Shown: positions 11,915 to 26,596, numbered from the stretch's first letter. The stretch is DNA of 64,000 nucleotides from Eledone cirrhosa (GCA_964016885.1 OZ024760.1:1798001-1862000), one strand, 5' to 3'. Notes: generated from the sequence alone by a model not told the origin. A program made the numbers and translations.

Positions 11915-14900
11915 AGCAACAACAACTGCAACACCACCAACAACAACAACACCTACACTACCAACAACAACAACACTACCAACAACAACAACTGCAACAC
12001 TACCAACAACAACACCTACACTACCAACAACAACAACACTACCAACAACAACAACTGCAACACTACCAACAATAACACCTACACTACCAACAACAACAAC
12101 ACTACCAACAACAACAACTGCAACACTACCAACAATAACACCTACACTACCAACAACAACAACACCTACACTACCAACAACAACAACTGCAACACTACCA
12201 ACAACAACAACACCTACACTACCAACAACAACAACTGCAACACTACCAACAACAACAACACCTACACTACCAACAACAACAACTGCAACACTACCACCAG
12301 CACCACCACCAACACCTACACTACCAACAACAACAACTCCAACACTACCACCAGCACCACCACCAACACCTACACTACCAACAACAACAACTGCAACACT
12401 ACCAACAACAACAACACCTACACTACCAACAACAACAACACCTACACTACCAACAACAACAACTGCAACACTACCAACAACAACAACACCTACACTACCA
12501 ACAACAACAACTGCAACACTACCAACAACAACAACACCTACACTACCAACAACAACAACACCTACACTACCAACAACAACAACTGCAACACTACCAACAA
12601 CAACAACACCTACACTACCAACAACAACAACACCTACACTACCAACAACAACAACTGCAACACTACCAACAACAACAACACCTACACTACCAACAACAAC
12701 AACTGCAACACTACCACCAGCACCACCACCAACACCTACACTACCAACAACAACTGCAACACTACCAACAACAACAACACCTACACTACCAACAACAACA
12801 ACACCTACACTACCAACAACAACAACTGCAACACTACCAACAACAACAACACCTACACTACCAACAACAACAACACCTACACTACCAACAACAACAACTG
12901 CAACACTACCAACAACAACAACACCTACACTACCAACAACAACAACTGCAACACTACCACCAGCACCACCACCAACACCTACACTACCAACAACAACAAC
13001 TGCAACACTACCAACAACAACAACACCTACACTACCAACAACAACAACACCTACACTACCAACAACAACAACTGCAACACTACCAACAACAACAACACCT
13101 ACACTACCAACAACAACAACTGCAACACTACCAACAACAACAACACCTACACTACCAACAACAACAACACCTACACTACCAACAACAACAACTGCAACAC
13201 TACCAACAACAACAACACCTACACTACCAACAACAACAACACCTACACTACCAACAACAACAACTGCAACACTACCAACAACAACAACACCTACACTACC
13301 AACAACAACAACTGCAACACTACCACCAGCACCACCACCAACACCTACACTACCAACAACAACAACTGCAACACTACCAACAACAACAACACCTACACTA
13401 CCAACAACAACAACACCTACACTACCAACAACAACAACTGCAACACTACCAACAACAACAACACCTACACTACCAACAACAACAACTGCAACACTACCAC
13501 CAGCACCACCACCAACACCTACACTACCAACAACAACAACTGCAACACTACCAACAACAACAACACCTACACTACCAACAACAACAACTGCAACACTACC
13601 ACCAGCACCACCACCAACACCTACACTACCAACAACAACAACTGCAACACTACCAACAACAACAACACCTACACTACCACCACCACCAACACCTACACTA
13701 CCACCACCACCACCTACACTACCAACACCACTAACACCTACACTACCAACAACAACAACTGCAACACGACCACCACCACCAACACCTACACTACCACCAC
13801 CACCAACACCTACACTACCAACAACAACAACTGCAACACTACCACCACCACCACCTACACTACCACCTACACTACCAACAACAACAACTGCAATACTACC
13901 ACCACCACCAACACCTACACTACCACCACCACCACCTACACTACCACCACCACCAACACCTACACTACCAACAACAACAACTGCAACACTACCACCACCA
14001 CCACCACCTACACTACCACCACCACCAACACCTACACTACCAACAACAACAACTGCAACACTACCACCACCACCAACACCTACACTACCACCACCACTAA
14101 CACCTACACTACCAACAACAACTGCAACACTACCACCACCACCACCACCTACACTACCACCTACACTACCAACAACAACAACTGCAATACTACCACCACC
14201 ACCAACACCTACACTACCACCACCACCACCTACACTACCACCACCACCAACACCTACACTACCAACAACAACAACTGCAACACTACCACCACCACCAACA
14301 CCTACACTACCAACAACAACAACTGCAATACTACCACCACCACCAACACCTACACTACCACCACCACCACCTACACTACCACCACCACCAACACCTACAC
14401 TACCAACAACAACAACTGCAATACTACCACCACCACCAACACCTACACTACCACCACCACCACCTACACTACCACCACCACCAACACCTACACTACCAAC
14501 AACAACAACTGCAATACTACCACCACCACCAACACCTACACTACCACCACCACCACCTACACTACCACCACCACCAACACCTACACTACCACCACCACCA
14601 CCTACACTACCACCACCACCAACACCTACACTACCACCACCACCACCTACACTACCACCACCACCAACACCTACACTACCACCACCACCACCTACACTAC
14701 CACCACCACCAACACCTACACTACCACCACCACCACCTACACTACCACCACCACCAACACCTACACTACCAACAACAACAACTGCAATACTACCACCATC
14801 ACCAACACCTACACTACCACCACCACCACCTACACTACCACCACCACCAACACCTACACTACCAACAACAACAACTGCAATACTACCACCACCACCAACA

Positions 14901-15656
14901 CCTACACTACCACCACCACCAACACCTACACTACCACCACCACCACCTACACTACCACCACCACCAACACCTACACTACCACCACCACCAACACCTACAC
15001 TACCACCACCACCACCTACACTACCACCACCACCAACACCTACACTACCACCACCACCACCTACACTACCACCACCACCAACACCTACACTACCAACAAC
15101 AACAACTGCAATACTACCACCACCACCAACACCTACACTACCACCACCACCACCTACACTACCACCACCACCAACACCTACACTACCACCACCACCACCT
15201 ACACTACCACCACCACCAACACCTACACTACCACCACCACCACCTACACTACCACCACCACCAACACCTACACTACCACCACCACCAACACCTACACTAC
15301 CAACAACAACAACTGCAACACTACTACCACCACCACCACCACCATTACCAACATCACCACCTCCATCATCACCACCATCATCATCAACATCGCCACCACC
15401 ACCATCACCATCATCATCATCATCATCAACATCACCACCATCACCATCATCATCATCATCATCAACATCACCACCACCACCATTACCAACATCACCACCT
15501 CCATCATCACCACCATCATCATCAACAACACCACCTCCATCATCATCAACATCACCACCACCATCATCATCAACATCACCACCACCATCATTATCCTCAA
15601 TAGCCACCACCACCACCACCACTACTACTACTACTACAACTACCACCACCACCACC

Positions 15657-15688
<32 letters not shown>

Positions 15689-15702
15689 CAATAACAACAA
15701 CA
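11915..15702. repeat. Triplet-based compound minisatellite (ACACTA anchor plus CAA/CCA runs)
   Basis: Units ACACCTACACTACCA(ACA)n and ACTGCAACACTACCA; CAA-rich on the left, CCA-rich on the right. Confidence 0.95.
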
Positions 15703-15949
15703 GATAAAATAAAACTGCATTTCTGCTGTTTTGATGTCATGAGATAACGATAATAATTATGGCATGAATGTTAATTAATAAGGTATATAGTTGTAATCTA
15801 CTTAACGAGATGAACATTTAATTAGTGCATTGATCAACTTAAAATAACTCGTTAACTCTAACGTTAGCTGACATAAAATAACTGTCATGGTTATCAAATT
15901 ATCTTACATAACGTGTGGTTATATAGTGTCTATATATAGTGTATATATA

Positions 15950-16002
<53 letters not shown>

Positions 16003-16042
16003 TATATGTGTATATATATATGTATATATATATGTGTATATA

Positions 16043-16270
<228 letters not shown>

Positions 16271-16492
16271 CATGTATGTATATAGAGAAGAAAACACAAA
16301 AGGGAATGTTTTCAATTATGAGGGGTAAAGAACCACTATATATATATATTGAGTTTATGTTGGTTGTATACCAACACCTCAGTGTGCAGGCTGTAGCACT
16401 CGACGAAGTGCGCAGGTTGGTTTGGTTACTCCGGAGTAGTGTAAAATAAAGTTAAATAAAAGTCAAATGATTAAAATTTAGCTTCGTTTATT

Positions 16493-16547
16493 ACTGCTAT
16501 ATATATTTCAGTGACAGCCATCTTTGGCTGTGACCTCTTCAGGCAGT
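16493..16547 (-). ncRNA. Minimal type I hammerhead ribozyme, intact core
   Basis: ACTGC-CTGAAGA-GGTCACAGCCA(AAGA)TGGCTGTCACT-GAAA-TATATA-TA-GCAGT. Confidence 0.85.
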
Positions 16548-16848
16548 TTGAATTAGTATGGTATAGACAAGTACATATGTTCTTTAGGTGTATGATATTG
16601 TCAATACTCTGATATGCCCAGTTCCTTGTTGGGTTGTTAATTCACTGGGGAACTGGAGTCATATGACTCCAGCAACCAACAACCAACAACTTAATTTATA
16701 AAATAATTTTTTTTAAGAAAAATTCTTTTTGGATTTTGTGAAGAAAATAAATTTGTTGAAAGCACAAGTGAAGCCATTTTTTCTTCCCCCTTATCTTAAT
16801 ATACCTAACTGTACCAAGGATTACACACATTTTCCAATATATATATAT

Positions 16849-17063
16849 GGCGTGTGGCTGAGTGGTTAGAGAATTGGATTCGCAATCGTGAGGTTGTGAG
16901 TTCGATTCCTGGACCAGGCGATGCGTTATGTCCTTGAGCAAGACACTTTATTACACGTTGCTCCTTCTACCTGGAGTTGCGACCGATAGATAGTATTAGC
17001 AATTGGAAAGACCAACGGAAACATTGTTCCCTCGGTCCAATTTGACGAAAGTCGATCGTTCCT
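16849..17063 (+). mobile_element. tRNA/CORE-like SINE family 3 with a distinct tail
   Basis: A box TGGCTGAGTGG, B box GTTCGATTC, CORE-like motif, then a tail homologous to the 99-bp repeat at 56.4 kb. Confidence 0.8.
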
Positions 17064-17249
17064 TTATATATATATATAGGTACAGTCTATTTTGTATTAT
17101 TGTATTATGCACCTGAACATTCCACACACACACTTGTACCATTAACGTAATTCTCAGGGAGATTCAGCATGCCACCGTGTGTTACAAGGTGCATGGCTTA
17201 GTGCTTAGAGTGTTGGCCTTACAATCATTAGACTGTTTGGGGGTCGAGT

Positions 17250-18770
17250 GGAGGGACCTATTTTGCTGGTTACCTCATTGTTTAACCCTTTAATGTTCAA
17301 ACCGGCCCAAACCGGCCAAAACCGGCCAGAATTCTCTACCTCTTTCTGTTGGAACTGGCTGTAACTGGTCGCTCAAACTGATGTTAAGGTATTGTTCTCA
17401 AAATAAATACTTTCAAAATCTCATAGATTCGATATTATGTGAGGTAAAGCCTTTACCATGAAAATATAATAGTATATATAGAGTAATGTGAATGCTAAAG
17501 GGTTAAAAACCCCCTCAAGTTTCAACAGCAAGAAAAAATATTTAAATATTTCGGGCGTAGGCTGTTATATCTAATAGGGTTGGATGATCAGGTAAAAGAA
17601 CTTTTTTACTGCTTATCTCATTATTATAAAACCCTCACATTTTTTACTGTCAAGAAATAGAAAATATATAGGGTTCTTGGACCAGTTGGAGCGACCTTTT
17701 TTACTGGTTACCCCATTGTTAAAAAAAACCCACATTTTTTACTGTCAAGAAATAGAAAATATATCGGGTTCTTGGACCAGTTGGAGCGACCTTTTTTACT
17801 GGTTACCCCATAGTTAAAAAACCCCCACATTTTTTACTGTCAAGAAATAGAAAATATATAGGGTTCTTGGACCAGTTGGAGCAACCCTTTTTACTGGTTA
17901 CCCCATTGTTAAAAAAACCCCACAGTTTTTACTGTCAAGATGCAGAAAATATTTAGGGAGTTGCCTAGTCTATCTATTACAGTTGGGTTCACCAACCAGG
18001 TAAATGGACCTTTTTTTCTGGTTACTCCATTGTTAAAAAGACCCCACATTTTTCACTGTCAAGAAGCAGAAAATATTTAGGGAATTGGTTGTTGTATCTA
18101 AGAGGGTTGGATGACCAGGTAAAAGGACCTATTTTTCTAGTTACCTCATTGTTAAAAAAACCCCACATTTTTCACTGTCATGAAGCAGGAAATATTTAGG
18201 GAGTTGTCTGGTATATGTAATAGGGTTCCGTGACCAGATAGAGGGACCTTTTTTTTACTGGTTCCCTCATTATTGAAAAAAAAATTGATAGATAAAGCCC
18301 CCACATTTTTCGATGCCAAGAAGTAGGAAATATTTAGGGAGTTGTCTGGTGTATCTAATAGGGTTCCGTGACCAGATAGAGGGACCTTTTTTTTACTGGT
18401 TCCCTCATTATTGAACAAAAAATTGATAGATAAAGCCCCCACATTTTTCGATGCCAAGAAGTAGGAAATATTTAGGGAGTTGTCTAGTGTATCTAATAGG
18501 GTTCCGTGACCAGATAGAGGGACCTTTTTTTACTGGTTCCCTCATTATTGAAAAAAAAATTGATATGATAGATAAAACCCCCACATTTTTCAATGCCAAG
18601 AAGTAGGAAATATTTAGGGAGTTGGCTGGTGTATCTTATAGGGTTCAGTGACCAGGTATAGGGCTCTATTTTTGCTGGTTCCTTCAGTGTTGAAAAAATA
18701 AAATAAGATAATAGATAGATAAAGTCCCTACATTTTTCAATGTCAGGAAGTAGAAAATATTTAGTGAATG
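17250..18770. repeat. Degenerate tandem repeat with 95-138 bp units
   Basis: Period 95 at 17671/17766/17861 and period 138 at 18223/18361/18499. Confidence 0.9.
17286..17502. mobile_element. piggyBac-like MITE
   Basis: TTAA|CCCTTTA...TAAAGGG|TTAA. Confidence 0.85.
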
Positions 18771-18913
18771 TTAATACATCTTAGTCTAGTTTTCCGCAAC
18801 ATTAAGAGTTTCAACTTAGCAATTTCAAGGAAGGAAGAAAAGTAGAGGAAAAAAATAAAGAGGGGAAGGGGTTTGCCCTTTCTCTGTCAGTTTTGAGGGA
18901 TTATCTCTTAGTA

Positions 18914-18953
<40 letters not shown>

Positions 18954-19339
18954 TGAGAGAGAGACTGAGAGTGAGAGACAGAGAGAGAGATACAGTAGAG
19001 AGAGAGATACAGTAGAGAGAGAGAGAGAGAGATACAGTGAGACAGAGAGAGAGAGAGAGATACAAGACACACAGAGAGGAAGAGAGAGAGAGGAAGAGAG
19101 AGAGAGAGAGCGAGAGAGAGACACACATAGACAGAAAGAGAGAAAAAGAGGCTGTTTCCTTGCAAACGAATCAAATATTTTTATTATTTCGTATAAAATT
19201 CATAAATGCATTTATGTATCTGCTATGCTGGAGTGAAAAAAAAAAAAAAAACCAAATTCTAATTTTGTTTATATATATATATAAAATAAAAACACTTGAA
19301 TGCATTAGAGTCAAACACACTCGTCGCATATATATATAT

Positions 19340-20320
19340 CATCAACATCATTTTATGTCCATTTCTCCATGCTGGCAGAGGCTAGATGAGTTGTCCTGTT
19401 GTGGGTAATGCTAGGTCAGGTGACCATGTTTTGCTCATACAGAACTGATTTTGGCTTGGTTTCTACAGCTAGATGCCCTTCCTAACACTAACCTCATTTA
19501 CAGTGATTACTGGGTGCTTTTTGTCATGATACCTACACGACCACTTTACTGTGTGGATTGGGTGCTTTTTGCTGTGATACCTATACAACCACTTTACAGT
19601 CTGTGCTGGGTGCCTTTTGTCATGACACCTACACGACTACTTTACAGTGTAGACTGGGGGCTTTTTGTCATGACCTACATGACCATTTTACAGTGTGGAC
19701 TGGGTGCTTTTTGTTGTGACACCTACATGATCACTTTACAGGGTGGTCTGGGTGCTTTTTGTTGTGACACTTCGATGACCACTTTATAGTGTGGACTGGG
19801 TGCTTTTTGTTGTGACACCTACATGATCACTTTACAGGGTGGTCTGGGTGCTTTTTGTTGTGACACTTCGATGACCACTTTATAGTGTGGACTGGGTGCT
19901 TTTTGTTGTGACACCTACATGACCACTTTACAGTGTGGACTGGGTGCTTTTTGTTGTGACACCTACATGACCACTTTACAGTGTGGACTGGGTGCTTTTT
20001 GTTGTGACACCTACATGACCACTTTACAGTGTGGACTGGGCGCTTTTTGTTGTGACACCTACATGACCACTTTACAGTGTGGACTGGGCGCTTTTTGTTG
20101 TGACACCTACATGACCACTTTACAGTGTGGACTGGGTGCTTTTTGTTGTGACACCTACATGACCACTTTACAGTGTGGACTGGGTGCTTTTTGTTGTGAC
20201 ACCTACATGACCACTTTACAGTGTGGACTAGGTGCTTTTTGTTGTGACACCTACATGACCACTTTACAGTGTGGACTGGGTACTTTTTACCATGTCACCA
20301 TCACAACCACTTTACAGTGT
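19340..20320 (-). mobile_element. Old RTE family A-like 3' UTR with about 17 copies of a 48-bp unit
   Basis: 19340-19500 aligns to the LINE 3' end. The unit's reverse complement TAAAGTGGTCATGTAGGTGTCACAACAAAAAGCACCCAGTCCACACTG is a CpG-decayed form of the 46-bp module. Confidence 0.85.
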
Positions 20321-20450
20321 TTCAGCCTGTCTTCATGAGAGATGTATAAGAGAGTGGGATGGAGTGGTGCATACTGAATATATGCATCAGCTTAGGAATA
20401 TAAAATAACGATAATGAAATTATTGTGTACAGTGCTCAAGTGCATAACAA

Positions 20451-20572
20451 TGTTTCTGAAGAAGACGGTCTGATTGAACCTATATATGAGGTCTGATAGT
20501 ATACAGTTATATAACTGCTATAGATCAGACAATATGTCAATATGATCAACCCTCTGAAATGATCGTAAAACA
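20451..20572 (+). ncRNA. Type I hammerhead with a long branched helix II
   Basis: TGTTT-CTGAAGA-AGA...TCT-GAAA-TGATCG-TA-AAACA. Internal hairpin GTCTGAT..CAGTTATATAACTG..ATCAGAC. Confidence 0.75.
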
Positions 20573-20814
20573 ATGATATGAATAGGTAAAATAAATTGAC
20601 TTTGTTGTTATTATTTTCATTGTTAAATTAATACTTAATATGTGACTCTGTATCTAAGGAATTAACTCAGCAGAACAGGGAACCTTTCTATGGACTTCAC
20701 TGGATTACTCGCCATCAGATTACATTGAGTTCTATCTACGGTACGGACCCTACTACCAAGGGTAGACATATATATATATATATAGATATATATGTATATA
20801 TATATATATATATA

Positions 20815-20998
20815 TGTGGAAGGAAGACACAGTAGAGGAAGACTACGAAAAACATGGGTGGAGGTGGTGAGAGCTGACCTCAGACTGCTGAAACTCACAG
20901 AGGAGATGATGAAGGACCGTGACAAATGGAGAGATGCTGTGCTGAAGAGGACCAGTCCCACCCTTGCAAGCAGGGAGAAGCGGATGTAAAATGATGAT
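20815..20998 (+). mobile_element. RTE family B 3' fragment (ORF runs into the terminal stem-loop)
   Basis: VEGRHSRGRLRKTWVEVVRADL..L.LTEEMMKDRDKWR is an RTE C-terminus. Ends GTCCCACCCTTGCAAGCAGGGAGAAGCGGATGTAAAATGATGA. Confidence 0.85.
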
Positions 20999-21038
20999 TA
21001 TATATATATATATATATATGTATGTGTATATACATGTT

Positions 21039-21386
21039 GGAGGCACATGGCTTAGTGGTTAGAGCATTGGCCTTGCAATCGCAAGGTTGTGAGTTCAATT
21101 CTCAGACCGGGTGATGTGTTGTTTCCTTGAGCAAGACACTTTATTTCACATTGCTCCAGTTTACTCAGCTGTAGAAATGAGATGATAGGGACTGGGGTCG
21201 CTATTATTCCACTGCAAAGTGGTCGTGGAGGTGCCACGGCAAAAAAGCATCCAGCACTCACTGTAAATGAGGTTGGTGTTAGGAAGGGCATCCAGCTGTA
21301 GAAATCAAGCCAGAATCAGTTCCCGTCCCACCCTTGCAAGCAGGGAAAAGCGGACGTAAAATGAAATGATGATGAAATGATGATGA
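21039..21386 (+). mobile_element. SINE family 1
   Basis: Near-identical to 3747-4085. Confidence 0.9.
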
Positions 21387-21604
21387 TATATGTGCATGTG
21401 TGTATGTCTGTGTTATGGATCAACAAGATTTCTGCTTCTCTCCTTTGTCGACTCCAAGAAGAAAATCAACAACAGCAACAACAACAACAAACATTAAAAA
21501 GAAAGCTAAGACATATGTGGAGAATATAATACAGAAAGAAAGGAAGGGGGAAAGAAAGAAAAAATAAAGAAAAAAGAAAGAAAGAAAGAAAGAAGGAAAG
21601 GCAG

Positions 21605-22163
21605 AAATGTCAGGGTTCAGTTTAATGAAGGGTCAAATGTCAGGGTTCAGTTTAGTGAAGGGTCAAATGTTGCTGGTTCAGTTTAGTGAAAGGTCAAATA
21701 TTACTGGTTCAGTTTAGTGAAGGGTCAAATGTTGCTGGTTCAGTTTAGTGAAGGGTCAAATATTACTGGTTCAGTTTAGTGAAGGGTCAAATATTGCTGG
21801 TTCAGTTTAGTGAAGGGTCAAATGTCAGGGTTCAGTTTAGTGAAGGGTCAAATATTACTGGTTCAGTTTAGTGAAGGGTCAAATATTGCTGGTTCAGTTT
21901 AGTGAAGGGTCAAATATTGCTGGTTCAGTTTAGTGAAGGGTCAAATGTCAGGGTTCAGTTTAGTGAAGGGTCAAATGTCAGGGTTCAGTTTAGTGAAGGG
22001 TCAAATGTCAGGGTTCAGTTTAGTGAAGAGTCAAATATTGCTGGTTCAGTTTAGTGAAGGGTCAAATGTCAGGGTTCAGTTTAGTGAAGGGTCAAATGTC
22101 AGGGTTCAGTTTAGTGAAGGGTCAAATGTGTCAGGGTTCAGTTTAGTGAAGGGTCAAATGTCA
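21605..22163. repeat. 30/31-bp minisatellite
   Basis: GGGTCAAATGTCAGGGTTCAGTTTAGTGAA and an ATTGCT variant. Confidence 0.95.
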
Positions 22164-23050
22164 GCCATTACAGTGTGTAATCAATGATAGTCTGCCCCTT
22201 GCTGCCAACATGAATTTGGTGAGAAAAGGTAATGGACTGAAGAAATTATCAAGAAATTATGTATTTAAGCTAATAACATATATTCAAATTTATATAAGTC
22301 AGCATTATTAATATTATTTTTTCCTCTCTCTATATATTTCTTTCTTTCTCTCTTTCTTTTCTTTCTTTGTTTCTTTCTTTCTCCCTCTCTGCCCCTCTAC
22401 CTTTCTTTCTTTATTTATTTATTTATTTCTCTCTCTCTCCCTCTACCTCTCGTTCTCTCCCTCTACCTTTATTTATTTCCTTCTGACACCCTCTCTCTTT
22501 CTATTTTCCCCCCTATCTTTCTATTTTTCTCTCTCCTCATCACTTTCTATTTATCTCTCTCTACCTATCTTACTTTCCCTCTCTCTCTCTCCCATTACCT
22601 CTCTTTCCCTCTCTCTACCTCTCTTTCTCTCCCATTACCTCTCTTTATCTCTCTCTGCCTATCTTACTTTCCCTCTCTCTCTCTCTCCCATTACCTCTCT
22701 TTCTCTCCCATTACCTCTTTATCTCTCTCTCTGCCTATCTTACTTTCCCTCTCTCTACTTCTCTCTCTCTCCCATTACCTCTCTTTATCTCTCTCTCTGC
22801 CTATCTTACTTTCCCTCTCTCTCTCTCCCATTACCTCTCTTTCCCTCTCTCTCTCCCTCTCTCCCTCCCCTATTATATTATCTATGTCTATGTGTGTATG
22901 TGTGACATTAAGTATTGTTACAGTGATGTAATAAATAGTTGTTATTTTTCATATTAAATACACAGAACTTTGTTGTGTCAAGGGGTAGCCTGGAAATGTC
23001 CCCAATTCTGTGTAAAGTGGGAATTGAATTTCAGTTATATTCTCCTTTAA

Positions 23051-23460
23051 CCCTTTAGTATTTAAACCAGCCATATCTAGCCATAATTCTCTCACCTCTT
23101 TCTGTTAAAACCGGCTGTAACTGGCCACTCATACTGATGTTAAGGGATTGTTCTCAAAATAAATAATATCAAAATCTCATAGATTTGATATTATGTGAGA
23201 TATTATGTAAGATAAAGCCTTTACAGTGAAAATACAATAGTATATATAGCGTAATGTGAATAATAAAGGATTAAACCAGCCATATCCAGTCAGAATTCTT
23301 TCACCTCTTTCTGTTCAAACTGGCCATAACTGGCCACTCATACTGATGTTAAGGTATTGCTCTCAAAATAAATAATATCAAAATCTCATAGATTTGATAT
23401 TATGTGAGATAATTATGTGAGATAAAGCCTTTATTGTGAAAATACAATAGTAAATATAAA
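23051..23460. mobile_element. piggyBac-like MITE plus a tandem partial second copy
   Basis: TTAA|CCCTTTAG start; body repeats from 23271 without the left TIR. Confidence 0.8.
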
Positions 23461-24760
23461 GTTGAACCAACCAACCGGAAATTTGTAATAAATTGAAGTG
23501 AAAACTAACAGGTGCATGTGTTTTTTTTGGCAACATGACCCTCCCAAAGTATAACAATATATATATATATATATACACATATACATATACACACATGCAT
23601 GCACTTATATACATATATATATATATATATATATACATACACATGAACTCACATATATACACACACACATACGGATTAATAATTATGTATGAGCAGGAAA
23701 AAGGGCGAGAAAGCAAATGTTTTGTGTGCGTGTATGTGTGCACGTTTGTGTGTATATATATATTTGTGAGTACACATGTCTGTGTGTGTGTGTGGGCATG
23801 TTTTGTGTATATGTATATTTCTGGGTACATGTGTATATATGTATATTTCTGTGTATGGATGTGTGTGCATGTATGTGTGTGTGAGTATGTGTTTGTGTGT
23901 ACACGTGTGTGTGTGGGTGTGTGTGTGTATATGTATACTTATGTATACACGTGTGTGTGTGTATGTGCATGAGTATATGTATGTGTGTACATGTGTGTGT
24001 GTGTGTATGTATATTTACGTGTGCATGTGTGTGTATATTTATATGTACAGATGTGTATGTGTGTGCATATGTGTGTGTGTGTATATTTATGTGTACGCCT
24101 GTGTGCATGTGTGTGTGCATGTGTTTATGTGTACGCATGTGTGTGTGTATTTATGTGTATGCGTGCGTGTGTGTTTATGTGTACGCATGTGTGTGTGTAT
24201 TTATGTGTATGCGTGTGTGTGTGTGTGTATTTATGTGTATGCGTGCGTGTGTGTTTATGTGTACGCATGTGTGTGTGTATTTATGTGTATGCGTGTGTGC
24301 ATGTGCGTGATATATTTATTTTAACTTTTCACCATGAAATTCTTGGAAACCTCCCAAAAAGTCTTTGAAAATAACAGGGTGGTGGTGGGGTGGCTGAGGG
24401 GGGTGGGAGGGTGGAGGGGTGCAGTGCACGTGGTGGTGGGGTGGCTGGGGTGGCTGGGGTTGGGGTTGGAAGGGGGGTGGGGTGCGGTGCATTGGGGGGG
24501 GGGGGAGATTTATTAGGCAAAATGGCATGTAGTTGATAAAAACAGAAAAGACAGTGGTGGTGGTGGTGGTGGCGGTGGTGAGGTTGGTGGTGATGGTGGT
24601 AATGATGGATATGGTGGTGATGATGATGGTGGTGGTGTTGGTGGTGATAATGTTGTTGGTGGTGATGATCATGGCAGTGGTGATGGTGATGGTGAGGTTG
24701 GTGGTGGTGGTGTTTTTACTGATGATAGTGGTGGTGCTAGTGGTAATGGTGGTGGTGGCG

Positions 24761-24798
<38 letters not shown>

Positions 24799-25904
24799 GG
24801 TGGTGGTGTTGTTTGTAGGGAAGGGTGTCCTTGTGTTTGCAGTTGGTTGTGATGGTGGTGGTGATGATGGTGGGGGCAGTGGTGATAGTGGCGTTGTTGT
24901 TGATGATGATGATCAAGCTGGAAGTGATGGTACTGTTGATGATGATGATGGTGGTGGTGGTGGAATGGTTGTGTTGATGAGCATGATGGGGGTGGTGGAG
25001 AGATAATAGACTGTAGGTAGTAGAGAATTGTGTGTGTGTGTGTGTGTACGTGTGTGTGTGTGTGTGTACGTGTGTGTGTGTGTGTACGTGTGTGTGTGTG
25101 TGTGTACGTGTGTGTGTGAGCACACAGAGGAGATGCAGGTTGGGGGGGTATGGTGTTTAATGTGGTGGTGGTGGAGTGTCTGTGGAGGGGGGGGGGTTAT
25201 ATGTTAAGTAGTACATAATAACAGTCAGAGAGAGAGGGGGTGGAGAGGAGATAGGGAGAGAGAGAGGGTGGGGAGCGAGATAGGGAGAGAGGGAGATAGG
25301 GAGAGAGAGGGTGGGGAGCGAGATAGGGAGAGAGGGAGATAGGGAGAGGAATTGTCAACCTCTTTTAATGCCAAACACCTAAGGAATGATAAATCACAGA
25401 CTAGTGAAGGGTGGAGGGGGTGAGAGAGAGGGTGAAAGGGAGAGGGACTGAGAGAGGGGGGGGGATATTGAAGAGGGGGAGGAATGTTGTAGAGATTGTT
25501 TTGTGGGGAAGCAATGTTTGTGTGGGTGTGGGGTGGAATGACATATATATATGTATATATATATGTATGTATATATATATATATATATATTTATATATAC
25601 ACATAAATACACATATATATATATATTTATAAATATATATATATATATTTATATATATATAAATATATACATATATATATATGTATATATATATAAATAT
25701 ATACATATATACATATATATATATATAAATATATATATATAAATATATATATAAATATATACATATATACATATATATATATATAAATATATATATATAA
25801 ATATATATATAAATATATACATATATACATATATATATATATAAATATATACATATATACATATATATATATATGTATATATTTGTATATATATATATAT
25901 ATAA

Positions 25905-25988
<84 letters not shown>

Positions 25989-26293
25989 ATATATATAGAG
26001 AGAGAGAATGAGAGAGAGGGGGAAGAAAAGAGGGAGTACGGGGGTGGTGGTGTGTTGAGGGGGAGGGGGGAACTGTTTAGAAAGAAAAAATCCAGCATTA
26101 TCTTCTAATTTAATAAGAAACCTCTTAAAAAAGACAGCTAGCTATCAATCTAATCTCTCTCTCTTTCTCTCTGTGTGTGTATATATATATACATATATAT
26201 ATATACACATATACACATATATATATATAGAGAGAGAGATATAAAAATACATATTTATGTATGAGTGTATCTGTGTGTGTTTACTGATTATAC

Positions 26294-26355
<62 letters not shown>

Positions 26356-26521
26356 GGGGGGGGGGAATATGGTAGTTAGGTAAGTAGGTAGGAAGGTAGG
26401 TAAGTAGATAAAAAGAGATAAATTGAAGCTATATGCAATGATGATGATGAAGTTTGTAGTGTCAGGTTGTGTTTGTTGTGGTTGATGAAGGTTAAAGGAG
26501 ACATTTTCTCAACTATTGGTT

Positions 26522-26596
<75 letters not shown>

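Noticed and set aside
11864-15700. 1278-aa Gly/Val-rich ORF
   Set aside because: Stop-free reading of a triplet minisatellite; no domain or splice evidence.
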